Positions 1-9,427 of a DNA stretch of 64,000 bases are shown one piece after another. Source of the stretch: an uncultured Dehalococcoidales bacterium. GTDB lineage: Bacteria; Chloroflexota; Dehalococcoidia; Dehalococcoidales; CAZFRL01. The notes beneath the pieces were generated by a model. The model had not been told where the DNA came from, ran no database searches, and worked only from the letters and a program-made list of their open reading frames with translations. The position numbers and the translations under genes are program-made. The stretch spans positions 13,383-77,382 of the forward strand of contig CAZFRL010000001.1 of NCBI GenBank assembly GCA_964521325.1, read 5' to 3'. Each line of letters opens with the position of its first letter. Position 1 is the stretch's first letter.

Positions 1-925
1 GTGACTTTTCATACCACAAACTGGTTGTCCAAGTCGTAAAGCCGATAGAACGGTAAAGATTACAGGCTGTTTTGTTCTCGCTATCTACGGTTAATTCAAC
101 GACCTTGATGCCCTTGTTTTTAAAGTGGGATAATCCAGCCAGTAGCAGCTTCCTGCCTATTCCCTGTCCCCGGTAATTTGGGTCAACCCCAATCATGTAG
201 ATACATCCCTTACTTCCACCAGTAGCTATGTCCTGTTCAAGGTTCAGCCGTGTCCAGCAATAGCCTATATATTTTCCCCCTTTGGCAGCAAGAATTATAT
301 CCTCCAGTGAACCGTTGGCGGCGTTGATGTGGTAGATTATTTCTTCTGGTGTATTCGGATTGTATCCCCAGCCGCCCTCAAAACAGCGATTCTGAAGCTG
401 GGCTAGTTTGCCTTCCTCGCCGGATTGCAAATGAGGAAACGAAAGCGCGGGGTCATTGATACTCGGCAGGTGAATTCCTGAGATTTCCAGCCTCAACTCA
501 AGGAAGTGTCGGACTAATCTAAAACCCAATTTGGAAAGCAGACTTTTGGCAGCCATGTTGTCCTGTGATATGCATACCTGAGCTACCTGTACCTTTAGTT
601 CTCTGGCTCGGCGCATAGCGTAACTAAAGAGTTTCTCCACCAGTCCTCTTCCGTAATATTCGGGATGAACTAGACACTCAAGAATGACTCGTCTGATGCC
701 TAGCTCCGGAATAACATTTATTGAACCGACGATTTCTCCTGTGATTTCAGCTACAAACAGGTCTTGCTCAGGGGAGTAATTCGGTTGCCTTAATTTTTCA
801 CGTAAAGCCAGTGGCGAAGCCTGCCATCCGGTCGGGCAAAGCTTTATGCTTTTACTGTGCAGACGAATGTAATTATCGAGGTCGTCGGGGCGATAATTTC
901 TGATAATATAAGGGAAACTACTCAT
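1..925 (-). CDS. Tandem-GNAT N-acetyltransferase (two acetyltransferase domains, MshD-like architecture); 3' end runs off the window
   Basis: Absent from the ORF track because there is no stop inside the window. Hand translation of the minus strand from the ATG at 925 stays open to base 1 (MSSFPYIIRNYRPDDLDNY...LWYEKS). Two GNAT acetyl-CoA cores are seen: VHPEYYGRGLVEKL and VDPNYRGQGIGRKLL. Confidence 0.6.
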   Translation of the reverse strand, partial: MSSFPYIIRNYRPDDLDNYIRLHSKSIKLCPTGWQASPLALREKLRQPNYSPEQDLFVAEITGEIVGSINVIPELGIRRVILECLVHPEYYGRGLVEKLFSYAMRRARELKVQVAQVCISQDNMAAKSLLSKLGFRLVRHFLELRLEISGIHLPSINDPALSFPHLQSGEEGKLAQLQNRCFEGGWGYNPNTPEEIIYHINAANGSLEDIILAAKGGKYIGYCWTRLNLEQDIATGGSKGCIYMIGVDPNYRGQGIGRKLLLAGLSHFKNKGIKVVELTVDSENKTACNLYRSIGFTTWTTSLWYEKS

Positions 926-975
926 TTTAGGTTTTCCTGGGATAATCCCCAAAGGCAATTGTAGAAACTTACTAA

Positions 976-1013
976 AATATTATACAATTTCCATAATATT
1001 ACACAATTTCTAT
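976..1013. repeat. Tandem 19-bp direct repeat in the divergent GNAT/LmbE intergenic region (candidate regulator site)
   Basis: AATATTATACAATTTCCAT (976-994) is followed directly by AATATTACACAATTTCTAT (995-1013); 17/19 identical. Confidence 0.6.
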
Positions 1014-1038
1014 CTGGTATCTCAAACTGAGAGGTTTA

Positions 1039-1740
1039 TTGATGTTGGTGAAGCCAGCCCAAGTGATGGTAGTCACGCCTCATCCTGATGACGCCGAGTT
1101 TGGAGTCGCCGGGACCGTAGCTCGCTGGGTACAGGAGCAGAAGGAGGTTATATATGTGGTATGCACCAATGGCGATAAAGGTACCAGCGACATCAATATA
1201 AAGCCGGAGGAACTGGCTAAGACCCGGGAGGAGGAGCAATTGGCTGCCGCCAGGCTGTTAGGAGTGAGGGAGGTCATATTCCTTCGCCATCCCGACCAGG
1301 GCTTAGAGAATACTCCTGAGTTCAGGAAAGAGCTCGTCCGCTTAATAAGGATGTACCGGCCGGAGACTGTGGTAACTGCTGACCCCTATCGTCGCTATGT
1401 TTGGCATCGTGACCACCGAATTACTGGCCAGACTGTCTTGGATGCTGTTTTCCCTTGTGCCAGGGATCATCTTGCCTACCCTGAGTTGCTTGAGGAAGGA
1501 CTTCAACCGCATAAGGTTAACGAGATATTATTCTGGGCGTCGGAAGACTCAAACTACCGTGTAGATATCACCGCTACCTTTGATTTGAAGTTAGCCGCCC
1601 TGAGCTGTCATAAAAGCCAAGTGGGAGACCACCTTTCTCCAGAACTAGAAAAGCGGCTACGGAATTGGGCAGAAACGATGGCACAGGGGGAGGATTTCAA
1701 GCTAGCAGAGGCTTTTCATCAGGTTGAGATACTGTGGTAA
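1039..1740 (+). CDS. PIG-L/LmbE-family N-acetylglucosaminyl deacetylase
   Basis: N-terminal VVTPHPDDAEFGVAGT motif (PHPDD zinc site) plus a later HRDH motif; 233 aa, typical LmbE/BshB/MshB size. Confidence 0.8.
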   Translation: MMLVKPAQVMVVTPHPDDAEFGVAGTVARWVQEQKEVIYVVCTNGDKGTSDINIKPEELAKTREEEQLAAARLLGVREVIFLRHPDQGLENTPEFRKELVRLIRMYRPETVVTADPYRRYVWHRDHRITGQTVLDAVFPCARDHLAYPELLEEGLQPHKVNEILFWASEDSNYRVDITATFDLKLAALSCHKSQVGDHLSPELEKRLRNWAETMAQGEDFKLAEAFHQVEILW

Positions 1741-1748
1741 GCCCTTGG

Positions 1749-2399
1749 CTAGGATGAAAGCCAGAGTACATCCCCACATAGGTTTGAAGCGTGAGGACGG
1801 GAGGAAAACACGGCAAACTCATCCTTCTCTTTCTTCAATATCGTAGAATTACCATGTCCGGGAAAGACCTGAGTATCATCTGGCAAGACAAAGAGCTTGG
1901 TGGTTATGCTTTCAATTATCTGTTTCAGGTCAGTGGGTGAGGCTGTCTTACCCGGGCCACCGGGGAAAAGAGTATCCCCTGATATCAAATAGCGGCTTAC
2001 TAGGAAGGCTAGGCTGCCTGGGGTATGCCCTGGAGTGTGTAATACTTTCAGTTTTATTCTGCCAAAGGATACCGTATCGCCATCCTTAAGTATAATTTGT
2101 GGTGTTATCGGTAGCCTCTTACTATCTAAAAGGTGGGAAGCTACCGGTATCTTCAGTTTAGCCTCAAGCTCCAACAGAGCCCCGGTGTGGTCCATGTGGC
2201 TATGAGTCATTAATATGTATTTAGGCTTGGTCTCTTTTAATTGTTCAATAATTTTATCCGCTTCTGCCGGGGCATCTACTACCACACTATCCATAGTTGC
2301 TTTGCATATCAAGATATAGGCGTTGGTACCCCAAAGCCCCAGTTCAAGCTTCTTGATTCTTACCTCTTCCTCATCTACTACAAGCAATTGTTGCCTCAT
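1749..2399 (-). CDS. MBL-fold metallo-hydrolase (glyoxalase II-like)
   Basis: THSHMDHTG (HxHxDH) metal motif and downstream HTPGHTPGS; 216 aa. Confidence 0.8.
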   Translation of the reverse strand: MRQQLLVVDEEEVRIKKLELGLWGTNAYILICKATMDSVVVDAPAEADKIIEQLKETKPKYILMTHSHMDHTGALLELEAKLKIPVASHLLDSKRLPITPQIILKDGDTVSFGRIKLKVLHTPGHTPGSLAFLVSRYLISGDTLFPGGPGKTASPTDLKQIIESITTKLFVLPDDTQVFPGHGNSTILKKEKDEFAVFSSRPHASNLCGDVLWLSS

Positions 2400-2412
2400 T
2401 TACACCGCTGGG

Positions 2413-2667
2413 TTAAGTTTCTGCTACGGTATCACTAACCGGGTCGACCCGGACTCCCTTGGAGATAGCCCAGGCGATTCCAGCTTCAATATCGGTATCT
2501 TCACCCCTGAGTTCTAACGCAATCCAGCCTCTATCCTCAGTTAAATGAGCCTGGAGAATATTGGTTACTAGGTTGAATTGCTGACCGAGGTTATAGATAA
2601 CTGGTTCAGCAATTGTTTCCTGGGTAAAACTAAGCATTACCCGCCGTTTTGCCATTTTAGCTGCCAT
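2413..2667 (-). CDS. Stand-alone NIL-domain protein
   Basis: 84 aa. EPVIYNLGQQFNLVTNILQAHL...GWIALELRG resembles the NIL (MetN C-terminal-like) fold also found in the N-terminus of 8927-9352. Confidence 0.5.
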   Translation of the reverse strand: MAAKMAKRRVMLSFTQETIAEPVIYNLGQQFNLVTNILQAHLTEDRGWIALELRGEDTDIEAGIAWAISKGVRVDPVSDTVAET

Positions 2668-2674
2668 TCTACAC

Positions 2675-3646
2675 CTAAATTCCTGAACTATGAAGACGCT
2701 GGCTGATGAGCTTGGCCTCGCTAATTATTCTGTCAATTAATTCCCTTACTGTAGGAATATCATTTATTAATCCTACTACTTCACCGGAAAAGGCTTGCCC
2801 AGCGTCAAGGTCACCCTCAACGATTACCCTCTTGGAAGCATTACCGCCTATAATGGGTAACATCTCTTCGAGAGATGCTCCCCTTGCCTCCATTTTCAGT
2901 AGCTCGTCGGTAGCCTTACTCTTTAGCACTCTATGGGTATTTCGGAGCGACCGCATTACCAGGATGGTGTCTCTTTCAGTAGCTTCGAGTAACCACTCTT
3001 TATATTTAGGGTGAATGGGGCATTCTTTAGTAGCCATAAAGCGGGTGCCCATAACTATCCCCTCAGCCCCCAGGGCTAAGGCAGCAATAAGGCCTCGACC
3101 ATCAGCAAACCCACCTCCAGCAATAACCGGCACCTTGGCCGCATCAACCAGTATAGGGACAAGGACTAATGTGCCGACATCCTCCATACCTGTAGCTCCC
3201 CCATTCTCAATGCCTACTATGGTTACCATATCAGCTCCTGCCTCCTGTCCCCTGAGGCAGTGCCTCACTGTAGCTGCCTTGTGAATTATGATTACCTTGC
3301 CCTCTTTAAGGCGCGGCACATACTCTTCGGGGGATTGGTGCCCGGAGGTTTCTACTGCTTTAACACCCTCCTCAATGATAACCTCAATGAATTCTCTATT
3401 AGGGAGAGGTTTGATAGAGGGGAACATACTAATATTCACCCCAAAGGGTTTATCGGTGAGGCTTTTGGTTTTCCTAATCTCATCCCGTAATGCCTTTGGG
3501 GTTTCCAGATGGGCTGAGGTTATGGTGCCAAATCCGCCGGCGTTGGAGACAGACGCCACAAATTCTGCCCCAGTAATAAGATTCATCCCACCGCAAATTA
3601 TGGGATATTTTATCCCTAGCATTTCAGTAACCTTGGTTTTAAACAT
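2675..3646 (-). CDS. Nitronate monooxygenase / FabK-like FMN oxidoreductase (NMO family)
   Basis: MLGIKYPIICGGMN..., GADMVTIVGIENGGATG and VPVIAGGGFADGRG are typical of the 2-nitropropane dioxygenase/enoyl-ACP reductase II TIM-barrel family. Confidence 0.8.
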   Translation of the reverse strand: MFKTKVTEMLGIKYPIICGGMNLITGAEFVASVSNAGGFGTITSAHLETPKALRDEIRKTKSLTDKPFGVNISMFPSIKPLPNREFIEVIIEEGVKAVETSGHQSPEEYVPRLKEGKVIIIHKAATVRHCLRGQEAGADMVTIVGIENGGATGMEDVGTLVLVPILVDAAKVPVIAGGGFADGRGLIAALALGAEGIVMGTRFMATKECPIHPKYKEWLLEATERDTILVMRSLRNTHRVLKSKATDELLKMEARGASLEEMLPIIGGNASKRVIVEGDLDAGQAFSGEVVGLINDIPTVRELIDRIISEAKLISQRLHSSGI

Positions 3647-3726
3647 GGTTAGTCTCCTTTTCTAATTAGATGAGAGTAGCATCTGGGGTGGAATTAAGTC
3701 AAGAATATTGCCTCACTCCCGGCCCT

Positions 3727-4050
3727 TCATTCCGCCTCTTTATCTATCCACTGCAGATACTCTTGATTGCCACCGACAATTGGCACAGCGATTATTTCAG
3801 GAATATCATAGCTGTGAATCTCTTTAACCAGCCTGACTGATTCATTTAACTGTGATGCTTTAGTTTTGGCGATTAGAAGGCTTTCCTGAGCTGAATCAAT
3901 CTTATCTTGCCACCAGAAAAACGAGCTAACCTTGGGCACAATATTTACGCAGGCAACTTTCCTGTGCTCAAGCAACACCTTAGATATTCGGTGGGCTTCC
4001 TCAACAGTAGCTGTAGTAATAAAGAGGACTATATAAGCAGACTCTTCCAT
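3727..4050 (-). CDS. cutA: Divalent-cation tolerance protein CutA
   Basis: 107 aa; VACVNIVP...SFFWWQDKI...YDIPEIIAVPI matches the CutA1 pattern. Confidence 0.8.
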   Translation of the reverse strand: MEESAYIVLFITTATVEEAHRISKVLLEHRKVACVNIVPKVSSFFWWQDKIDSAQESLLIAKTKASQLNESVRLVKEIHSYDIPEIIAVPIVGGNQEYLQWIDKEAE

Positions 4051-4104
4051 TTCTTCTTACCAATATTTTTGAGCCAACCCATTACCTTCCCTTCTTTAAC
4101 ACCC

Positions 4105-5109
4105 CTATGTCATAATTATGGAGAAGCAATAACCCAAAGTCAAAGCCACTATACAAATGACCACCAGATAGGTAAGCAGGGTTTTGCCTCCGAATTCTTT
4201 CCTTAAAACTAGGATAGTCCCCCAGCTAGTAATCGGTCCTACCAGTAGCAGCACCAGCCCGGCTCCAATATTCATCCCCTGTGATATGAAGGCAGATACC
4301 AGGGGAACGCTGGCGGTGGAGCAAATGTACATCACCAGGCCGAAGACTAGGCTGAATAGATAACCTAAACCACCGCCAAAATAGTCCCCCACAAATTTCC
4401 CTATTGGTGCAATCGATGCTACTAATGCTGCTAGGACTAACCCTAAAAGTAGCTCGGGACCAATCCTCCTGACCATATCCACAAAGCTAAACCTGAGCGC
4501 AGAGACTAACCTCCGTTTGATGTTCCTAGCCGGTGCACTCACAATGGCATATTTATCAGGTTCCTTCTCAAAGGTTGTTTGGCAATGGGGAGAGCAAAAG
4601 TAATAATTCCTGCCTCTGTATTCTGTTTTTAGTCCTTTAACTGTATCCACGCTCATCCCGCAGATAGGGTCGGTGGCTAGCTCTCCCACTGGACCCCGTG
4701 GCTTAAACCTGATGCGGTTTCCGATAGCGCCCATAACCAGCCCCATGACAATCGCGGCAAAGAATATAAAGACGGTGAACTCTATGCCGAGCAGGGCATA
4801 ACAGACGAGAAGAGCAGTTACGGAGGTAGCTGGCGTGGCTACCAGGAAGGCCAAGACCGGTCCTAACTTGGCTCCTTTTTGATGTAGGCTCACCGCTACC
4901 GGGAGGGAACCTATGCAGCAGATGGGAAGGGCTGTCCCGACGAGGGTAGCATAGAGGAGTGGCTTTATCCCTTTTCCACCCAGATGCCTCTCCACCCACC
5001 CTGTAGGGACAAATTCATTGATTAAGCCGCTAAGCAATAAACCTACAGCCAGGAAGGGCAGTACTTCGATGAGATAATCCCTAAATACGATAAAGAATTG
5101 AACTATCAA
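4105..5109 (-). CDS. ArsP/DUF318-type permease with an embedded YHS (TRASH-like) metal-binding domain
   Basis: Multi-TM halves with Cys motifs (LPICCIGSLPV; YICSTASVPLV). The central loop DPICGMSVDTVKGLKTEYRGRNYYFCSPHCQTTFEKEPDKY fits the YHS consensus. Confidence 0.7.
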   Translation of the reverse strand: MIVQFFIVFRDYLIEVLPFLAVGLLLSGLINEFVPTGWVERHLGGKGIKPLLYATLVGTALPICCIGSLPVAVSLHQKGAKLGPVLAFLVATPATSVTALLVCYALLGIEFTVFIFFAAIVMGLVMGAIGNRIRFKPRGPVGELATDPICGMSVDTVKGLKTEYRGRNYYFCSPHCQTTFEKEPDKYAIVSAPARNIKRRLVSALRFSFVDMVRRIGPELLLGLVLAALVASIAPIGKFVGDYFGGGLGYLFSLVFGLVMYICSTASVPLVSAFISQGMNIGAGLVLLLVGPITSWGTILVLRKEFGGKTLLTYLVVICIVALTLGYCFSIIMT

Positions 5110-5231
5110 TTGCTTATCCCCTCGCTGCCATCATCGGCGTATTGAAGCTGTGGCTGATAGAAGAAACCTCTTGTCTTGGTGCAGAGCCATACCAGAAAGA
5201 GCATAAAGGGGACTATTCTTGAGCTGTATTA

Positions 5232-6005
5232 TTACGCTTTGTTTCCACGCTTATAGGCTTTTACCGTAATGCTCTGGAGCTTCTCTAGTACTTCGCCTCC
5301 CTCGCCTTCAATATAGAACTCCTTATTAGGTATCACCTGCATGTCGTTAAAGCCAGCCCTTTTTATCTTGCCTAAGTATTTCCGTTGCTCCAAAGCCCCG
5401 GCGATACATCCTGCCCAGGCATCAAGGTCCTGTTTTATCTCGTCGGGGAGTGCTCGTTCAGTAACTATGTCGGAGACCACTAGCCTTCCCCCGGGCTTCA
5501 GCACTCGGTAAGTCTCTTGGAAGACTTTAGATTTATCTGGGGAGAGATTGATAACGCAGTTGCTGATAACAACATCCACAGATTCATTTTCGATAGGGAG
5601 TTTCTCAATTTCTCCCAGGCGAAACTCTACATTATGGTAGCTATAACTTTGGGCAATCTCTTTTGCCCTATCCACCATCTCTTGGGTCATATCAACTCCG
5701 ATAACCCTGCCGGTGGAGCCAACCTTATTAGCGGCTAAGAATACATCTACCCCGGCTCCCGAGCCTAAGTCCAGGACTACCTCGCCCGACTGTAATTCTG
5801 TTATAGCTGTGGGGTTACCACACCCTACTCCTATAATTGCCTCTTCTGGGATATTCTCTAAATCTTCTCTCGAGTATCCGATAGCCTCGGCTTGAGACAG
5901 GGGAGTCACTCCACAGCCACAACTTGTGCAGCAGCTCTGCTGGTCTTGCTTAGCTAACTGGGCATATTTTGATTTTACCGCTTCTTTGATTTTATTCTCT
6001 TCCAT
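5232..6005 (-). CDS. arsM: Arsenite S-adenosylmethionine methyltransferase
   Basis: N-terminal Cys cluster (QSCCTSCGCG), GVGCGNP, SAM motif VLDLGSGAGVD, SNCVINL and AGCIAGAL cysteines. Overlaps arsR by 14 nt. Confidence 0.8.
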   Translation of the reverse strand: MEENKIKEAVKSKYAQLAKQDQQSCCTSCGCGVTPLSQAEAIGYSREDLENIPEEAIIGVGCGNPTAITELQSGEVVLDLGSGAGVDVFLAANKVGSTGRVIGVDMTQEMVDRAKEIAQSYSYHNVEFRLGEIEKLPIENESVDVVISNCVINLSPDKSKVFQETYRVLKPGGRLVVSDIVTERALPDEIKQDLDAWAGCIAGALEQRKYLGKIKRAGFNDMQVIPNKEFYIEGEGGEVLEKLQSITVKAYKRGNKA

Positions 6006-6309
6006 AATTTTCCTTCTGACACTTACATGCCGATAGCTCTGTCATCAGGGTTTCGCTATCCATAATTAACCTGGCTAACCTACTATCCGTGAGCTTATAG
6101 TAAACCTTTTGAGCCTCTTGCCTGTCCTGCACAATATTGCAGTCCTTGAGGGCTCTCAGGTGGTGCGAGATGAGGGATTGCTCCTTATTCATAACCTCGG
6201 CAAGTTCACCAACGCACCTATCGCTCTCAGCCAGCAGCTTAAGTATTTGGAGTCGTGTAGGCTCACCAATGCACCTTAGAAATCTTGCCTGGTCTTCTTC
6301 TACTGTCAT
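5992..6309 (-). CDS. arsR: ArsR/SmtB-family metalloregulator
   Basis: wHTH signature LQILKLLAESDRCVGELAEVMNKEQSLISHHLRALKD; 105 aa. Confidence 0.85.
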   Translation of the reverse strand: MTVEEDQARFLRCIGEPTRLQILKLLAESDRCVGELAEVMNKEQSLISHHLRALKDCNIVQDRQEAQKVYYKLTDSRLARLIMDSETLMTELSACKCQKENYGRE

Positions 6310-6358
6310 ATGAACTTCAGTTTATATGAATTGTAGTTCATATAACGAGTAAAGTCAA
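6308..6358 (-). promoter_or_regulatory. arsR promoter with overlapping ArsR/SmtB-type inverted-repeat operator
   Basis: Minus strand: -35 TTGACT (6353-6358), 17-nt spacer, -10 TACAAT (6330-6335). Perfect 9-bp inverted repeat ATATGAACT (6308-6316) / AGTTCATAT (6335-6343) covers the -10 and the start codon. Confidence 0.5.
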
Positions 6359-6437
6359 ATGAATTTTATCTCTAAATTCGGGGTTAGGACTACTGCTTTA
6401 GTTTCTGGGGGTTACTGGGGCATGAACTTACCCGTGA

Positions 6438-7235
6438 TTATCGGGAAAGAATATCCAGAGCTGTCTCGGCGGCTATTTTGCCGGATAAAAGCATGCCTCC
6501 GAAGATAGGTCCCATTCTGGGAGAGCCAAAAACGGCATTAGCTGCCATGCCAGCAACTATTAAACCGGGATACACCTCTTTGGTGTTCTCTATTATTTGC
6601 CTCTCTCCGATATCAGCCAGCATAGGTTTCTCTCCCATTAATCCACCAGTTTCCGTCCTTAACTTGGCACCGATTTTATTCACTACTATGTGGCAGATTT
6701 CGCTGGCATGTCCGGTAGCGTCTATTACTACCTTCGACCTTATAGCTAAGGGGTCGACATGCAATCTGGCTAGGGAAACAGCACCCCAATTTAACACTAA
6801 GCCTGTTATCCTGTTATCTTCCCTTATCATCACATCCTCAATACCCATCAGATTAAATATCCTTGCCCCAGCCTTTATTGCCTTGGTACAAATGCTCGAG
6901 GTAGCTTCTAAAGAATCGGCAATATAGTAACCCTCTTCATACTCTGTGGTTTTTACGTTGAACTCGTCTAATAGCTTCTTCCCCTCTTCCTGTACTACGA
7001 TGCGATTAAACATCATTCCCCCACCCGGCATACCACCGCCAATACGAAGTTGCCTCTCAAATATCACTGTTTTCACCTTCGCCTTGGCTGCATAATAAGC
7101 AGCCGTCATACCCGCCGGTCCGGCTCCAGCTATGGCGATGTCAACCTCCATCGCCTCAACAAAGTCTTTCATGAAGCTTTCGGTTATGGCTTTGGATATC
7201 AGTATCTCATCGATTTTCATGTTTCCTCCGGTCAT
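6438..7235 (-). CDS. thi4: Thiazole synthase Thi4 (archaeal-type, probably sulfide-dependent)
   Basis: [23 protein letters not shown] fold, [10 protein letters not shown] and [12 protein letters not shown]. The position equivalent to the yeast suicide Cys reads ATGH (no Cys). Confidence 0.8.
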   Translation of the reverse strand: MTGGNMKIDEILISKAITESFMKDFVEAMEVDIAIAGAGPAGMTAAYYAAKAKVKTVIFERQLRIGGGMPGGGMMFNRIVVQEEGKKLLDEFNVKTTEYEEGYYIADSLEATSSICTKAIKAGARIFNLMGIEDVMIREDNRITGLVLNWGAVSLARLHVDPLAIRSKVVIDATGHASEICHIVVNKIGAKLRTETGGLMGEKPMLADIGERQIIENTKEVYPGLIVAGMAANAVFGSPRMGPIFGGMLLSGKIAAETALDILSR

Positions 7236-7263
7236 AGTGATTCCTTCGTTGTCAGGTTCTCGT

Positions 7264-8202
7264 CTAGGCGACCTTTAGCATTCTATCTACGGCAACTTTT
7301 GCCCTCAAGCGAGTTTCTTCAGGGACTTTAACCTCAGGAGCCATCTCTTCTAGAGACCGTAGCATCTTTTCTAAGTTTATTAACTTCATTGTGGGACAAA
7401 TTGCCTGCTCAGAGAGCGGGATAAACTTTTTTCCCGGGTTCTCCTTCTTCAGTCTATGTATTATTCCAATCTCTGTTCCCACAATTATCTCTTTGGCTTC
7501 TGTGTTTTGGGCGAATTTACACATCCCACCGGTGCTCAGGACTTCATCAGCCAGGGCAATCACCTCCGGTCTACATTCCGGGTGGACTACTACCTTGGCT
7601 TGCGGGTATTCTAGTTTCAATCTGGTAATATCTTCTGGCTGGATTCTAACATGGGTGGGGCAAAAACCAGGCCAGAGAACCATCTTTTTATCAGTCTTGG
7701 TGGAGACATAATGACCTAGGTATTGGTCAGGAACAAACAGTATCTCCTCACTATCTAGGCTTTCTACAACCTCGACTGCATTGGCCGAGGTGCAGCAAAT
7801 ATCGGATTCTGCTTTGACCTCTGCTGAGGAGTTAACATAGCAAACCACAGCGGCACCTGGAAGCTCTCTTTTCTTTTCCCTCAGGCTTTCAGCCGTAATC
7901 ATATCGGCCATAGGGCAGCCAGCATGTATATCTGGGAGTAGGACTATCTTATCTGGGCAGAGGATGAAGGCTGTCTCAGCCATAAAGTGAACCCCGCAGA
8001 AAACTATCACATCAGCATCTGTTTTGGCTGCATTTTGGCTTAGCTCCAGAGAATCGCCGGTAAAATCGGCTATATCCTGAACCTCACCCAGTTGATAGTT
8101 ATGGGCTAGGATAACAGCATTCCTTTGTCGCTTAACATGTAGGATTTTCTCTATTAATTCAGTATTGTTAGAAGCCACCTGATATCCCCTTCCCTCAGGC
8201 AT
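7264..8202 (-). CDS. nadA: Quinolinate synthase
   Basis: [22 protein letters not shown] and [10 protein letters not shown] motifs; 312 aa. Confidence 0.9.
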   Translation of the reverse strand: MPEGRGYQVASNNTELIEKILHVKRQRNAVILAHNYQLGEVQDIADFTGDSLELSQNAAKTDADVIVFCGVHFMAETAFILCPDKIVLLPDIHAGCPMADMITAESLREKKRELPGAAVVCYVNSSAEVKAESDICCTSANAVEVVESLDSEEILFVPDQYLGHYVSTKTDKKMVLWPGFCPTHVRIQPEDITRLKLEYPQAKVVVHPECRPEVIALADEVLSTGGMCKFAQNTEAKEIIVGTEIGIIHRLKKENPGKKFIPLSEQAICPTMKLINLEKMLRSLEEMAPEVKVPEETRLRAKVAVDRMLKVA

Positions 8203-8923
8203 AGGTTTGAGAGATTTTTACCTCTCCCCAAAGCCCTATATTATCACCTTCGATGATTATCACTCCCTTCAGTCCCTCAATGCCTTTAGCAAACTCAATG
8301 CCTTTAGTGATGTCATCGGGCTGGACAATTAAGTTGCCTATAGCAGTGGCAGCAGCATCAGCTAGAGTGGCTGATTTGGAAAGCACTATAACAGCGTCGG
8401 CCCTCCCGTAACTTAGAGAATGCCCCACTGTTCCCGAGGAGGTGCAAACACCTAATGGTGTATCCTGCCCATCGATTTCCAGACCAATTTTACCAGTTAA
8501 TGGTGATTTGCCGGCATAAATCCCTATTATCCTTTTCTTTGAGCTCTTCAAGTATATATCGCCCCCATTCTCCACAATTAGCTCTGGGGAAAAGGCTGAT
8601 AATTCATTGCCAACAAATTCAGCTATCACTCCTGCCACTGAAGCCATAGGACCAACTCTTACCTTCTCTGCTGCCTTTGCCATTTCCTTTACAATGAGCG
8701 GGGCATCTTCCCCAATGGGAATGTATTCAAGCGAAGTGAGAAAGAATGGGTGTTGCTTAATATACCTTTCCAGTGTATTACGATATTTTAATACTAGCTT
8801 AAGTGCTTTTCTTTTCAGGTTAGTTAAGGCACGAATATATAAATCTGTCTCCCCTACCACTACATTAAACGATATCAAGTCTTTATCTTTAATCCAATGG
8901 CGGTAGGTTCTGGGCTCATACAT
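8195..8923 (-). CDS. UPF0280 / COG2122 ApbE-like protein (sulfide-assimilation accessory)
   Basis: N-terminus YRHWIK...[12 protein letters not shown] is typical of UPF0280. Sits directly downstream of the COG1900/NIL-Fd pair and overlaps nadA by 8 nt. Confidence 0.6.
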   Translation of the reverse strand: MYEPRTYRHWIKDKDLISFNVVVGETDLYIRALTNLKRKALKLVLKYRNTLERYIKQHPFFLTSLEYIPIGEDAPLIVKEMAKAAEKVRVGPMASVAGVIAEFVGNELSAFSPELIVENGGDIYLKSSKKRIIGIYAGKSPLTGKIGLEIDGQDTPLGVCTSSGTVGHSLSYGRADAVIVLSKSATLADAAATAIGNLIVQPDDITKGIEFAKGIEGLKGVIIIEGDNIGLWGEVKISQTYA

Positions 8924-8926
8924 CGA

Positions 8927-9352
8927 CTAAAAATGCACCTCCATTGCTCTTGGAGGGCAGGCCTTGATACATAGTCCGCAAGCCAGGCATTTTTCATCAT
9001 AAAACATAACCCGTCTGGTTAAAGGCTCAACCTCAAAAGCACCAGTGGGGCAGATGGTTATACAGGCACCACAATGAGTGCACCTTTCCTCATTGCGAAT
9101 AACATTTTGACTCAGCGACTGAATTTTTACTCCGCTTTCAGTTAAATACCTGATACCTTTATCATAATTTGCCTGTTTCCCACTCAGTTCTAACACCATC
9201 AAGCCTTCCTCTTCAGGGGTAACTGAAGCCTTTAAGATGTTAAATTCAAGGTCATAGTCCTTAACCAGCCGGCTGACTATAGGTCGGTCTACCAAGCGCC
9301 GGGGGAAATGCAGAACTATTCTTTTGGAAACCGCCATTCCTATCACCTCCAT
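8927..9352 (-). CDS. NIL-domain / 2x[4Fe-4S] ferredoxin fusion (homocysteine-biosynthesis partner, MA1822-like)
   Basis: N-terminal NIL-like region (RPIVSRLVKDYDLEFNILKA) followed by CTHCGACITICP and CLACGLCIKACP. Confidence 0.75.
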   Translation of the reverse strand: MEVIGMAVSKRIVLHFPRRLVDRPIVSRLVKDYDLEFNILKASVTPEEEGLMVLELSGKQANYDKGIRYLTESGVKIQSLSQNVIRNEERCTHCGACITICPTGAFEVEPLTRRVMFYDEKCLACGLCIKACPPRAMEVHF

Positions 9353-9427
9353 CGTTATTTGGTAGCTGCCTATTGAAAAATACTCTGGCTAGGTTACCCA
9401 ATCTCGTGGATTTTCAAACTAGGCTCC

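Noticed and set aside
7236-7263. TPP riboswitch upstream of thi4
   Set aside because: Only 28 nt separate thi4 from the nadA stop, which is too short for a THI element.
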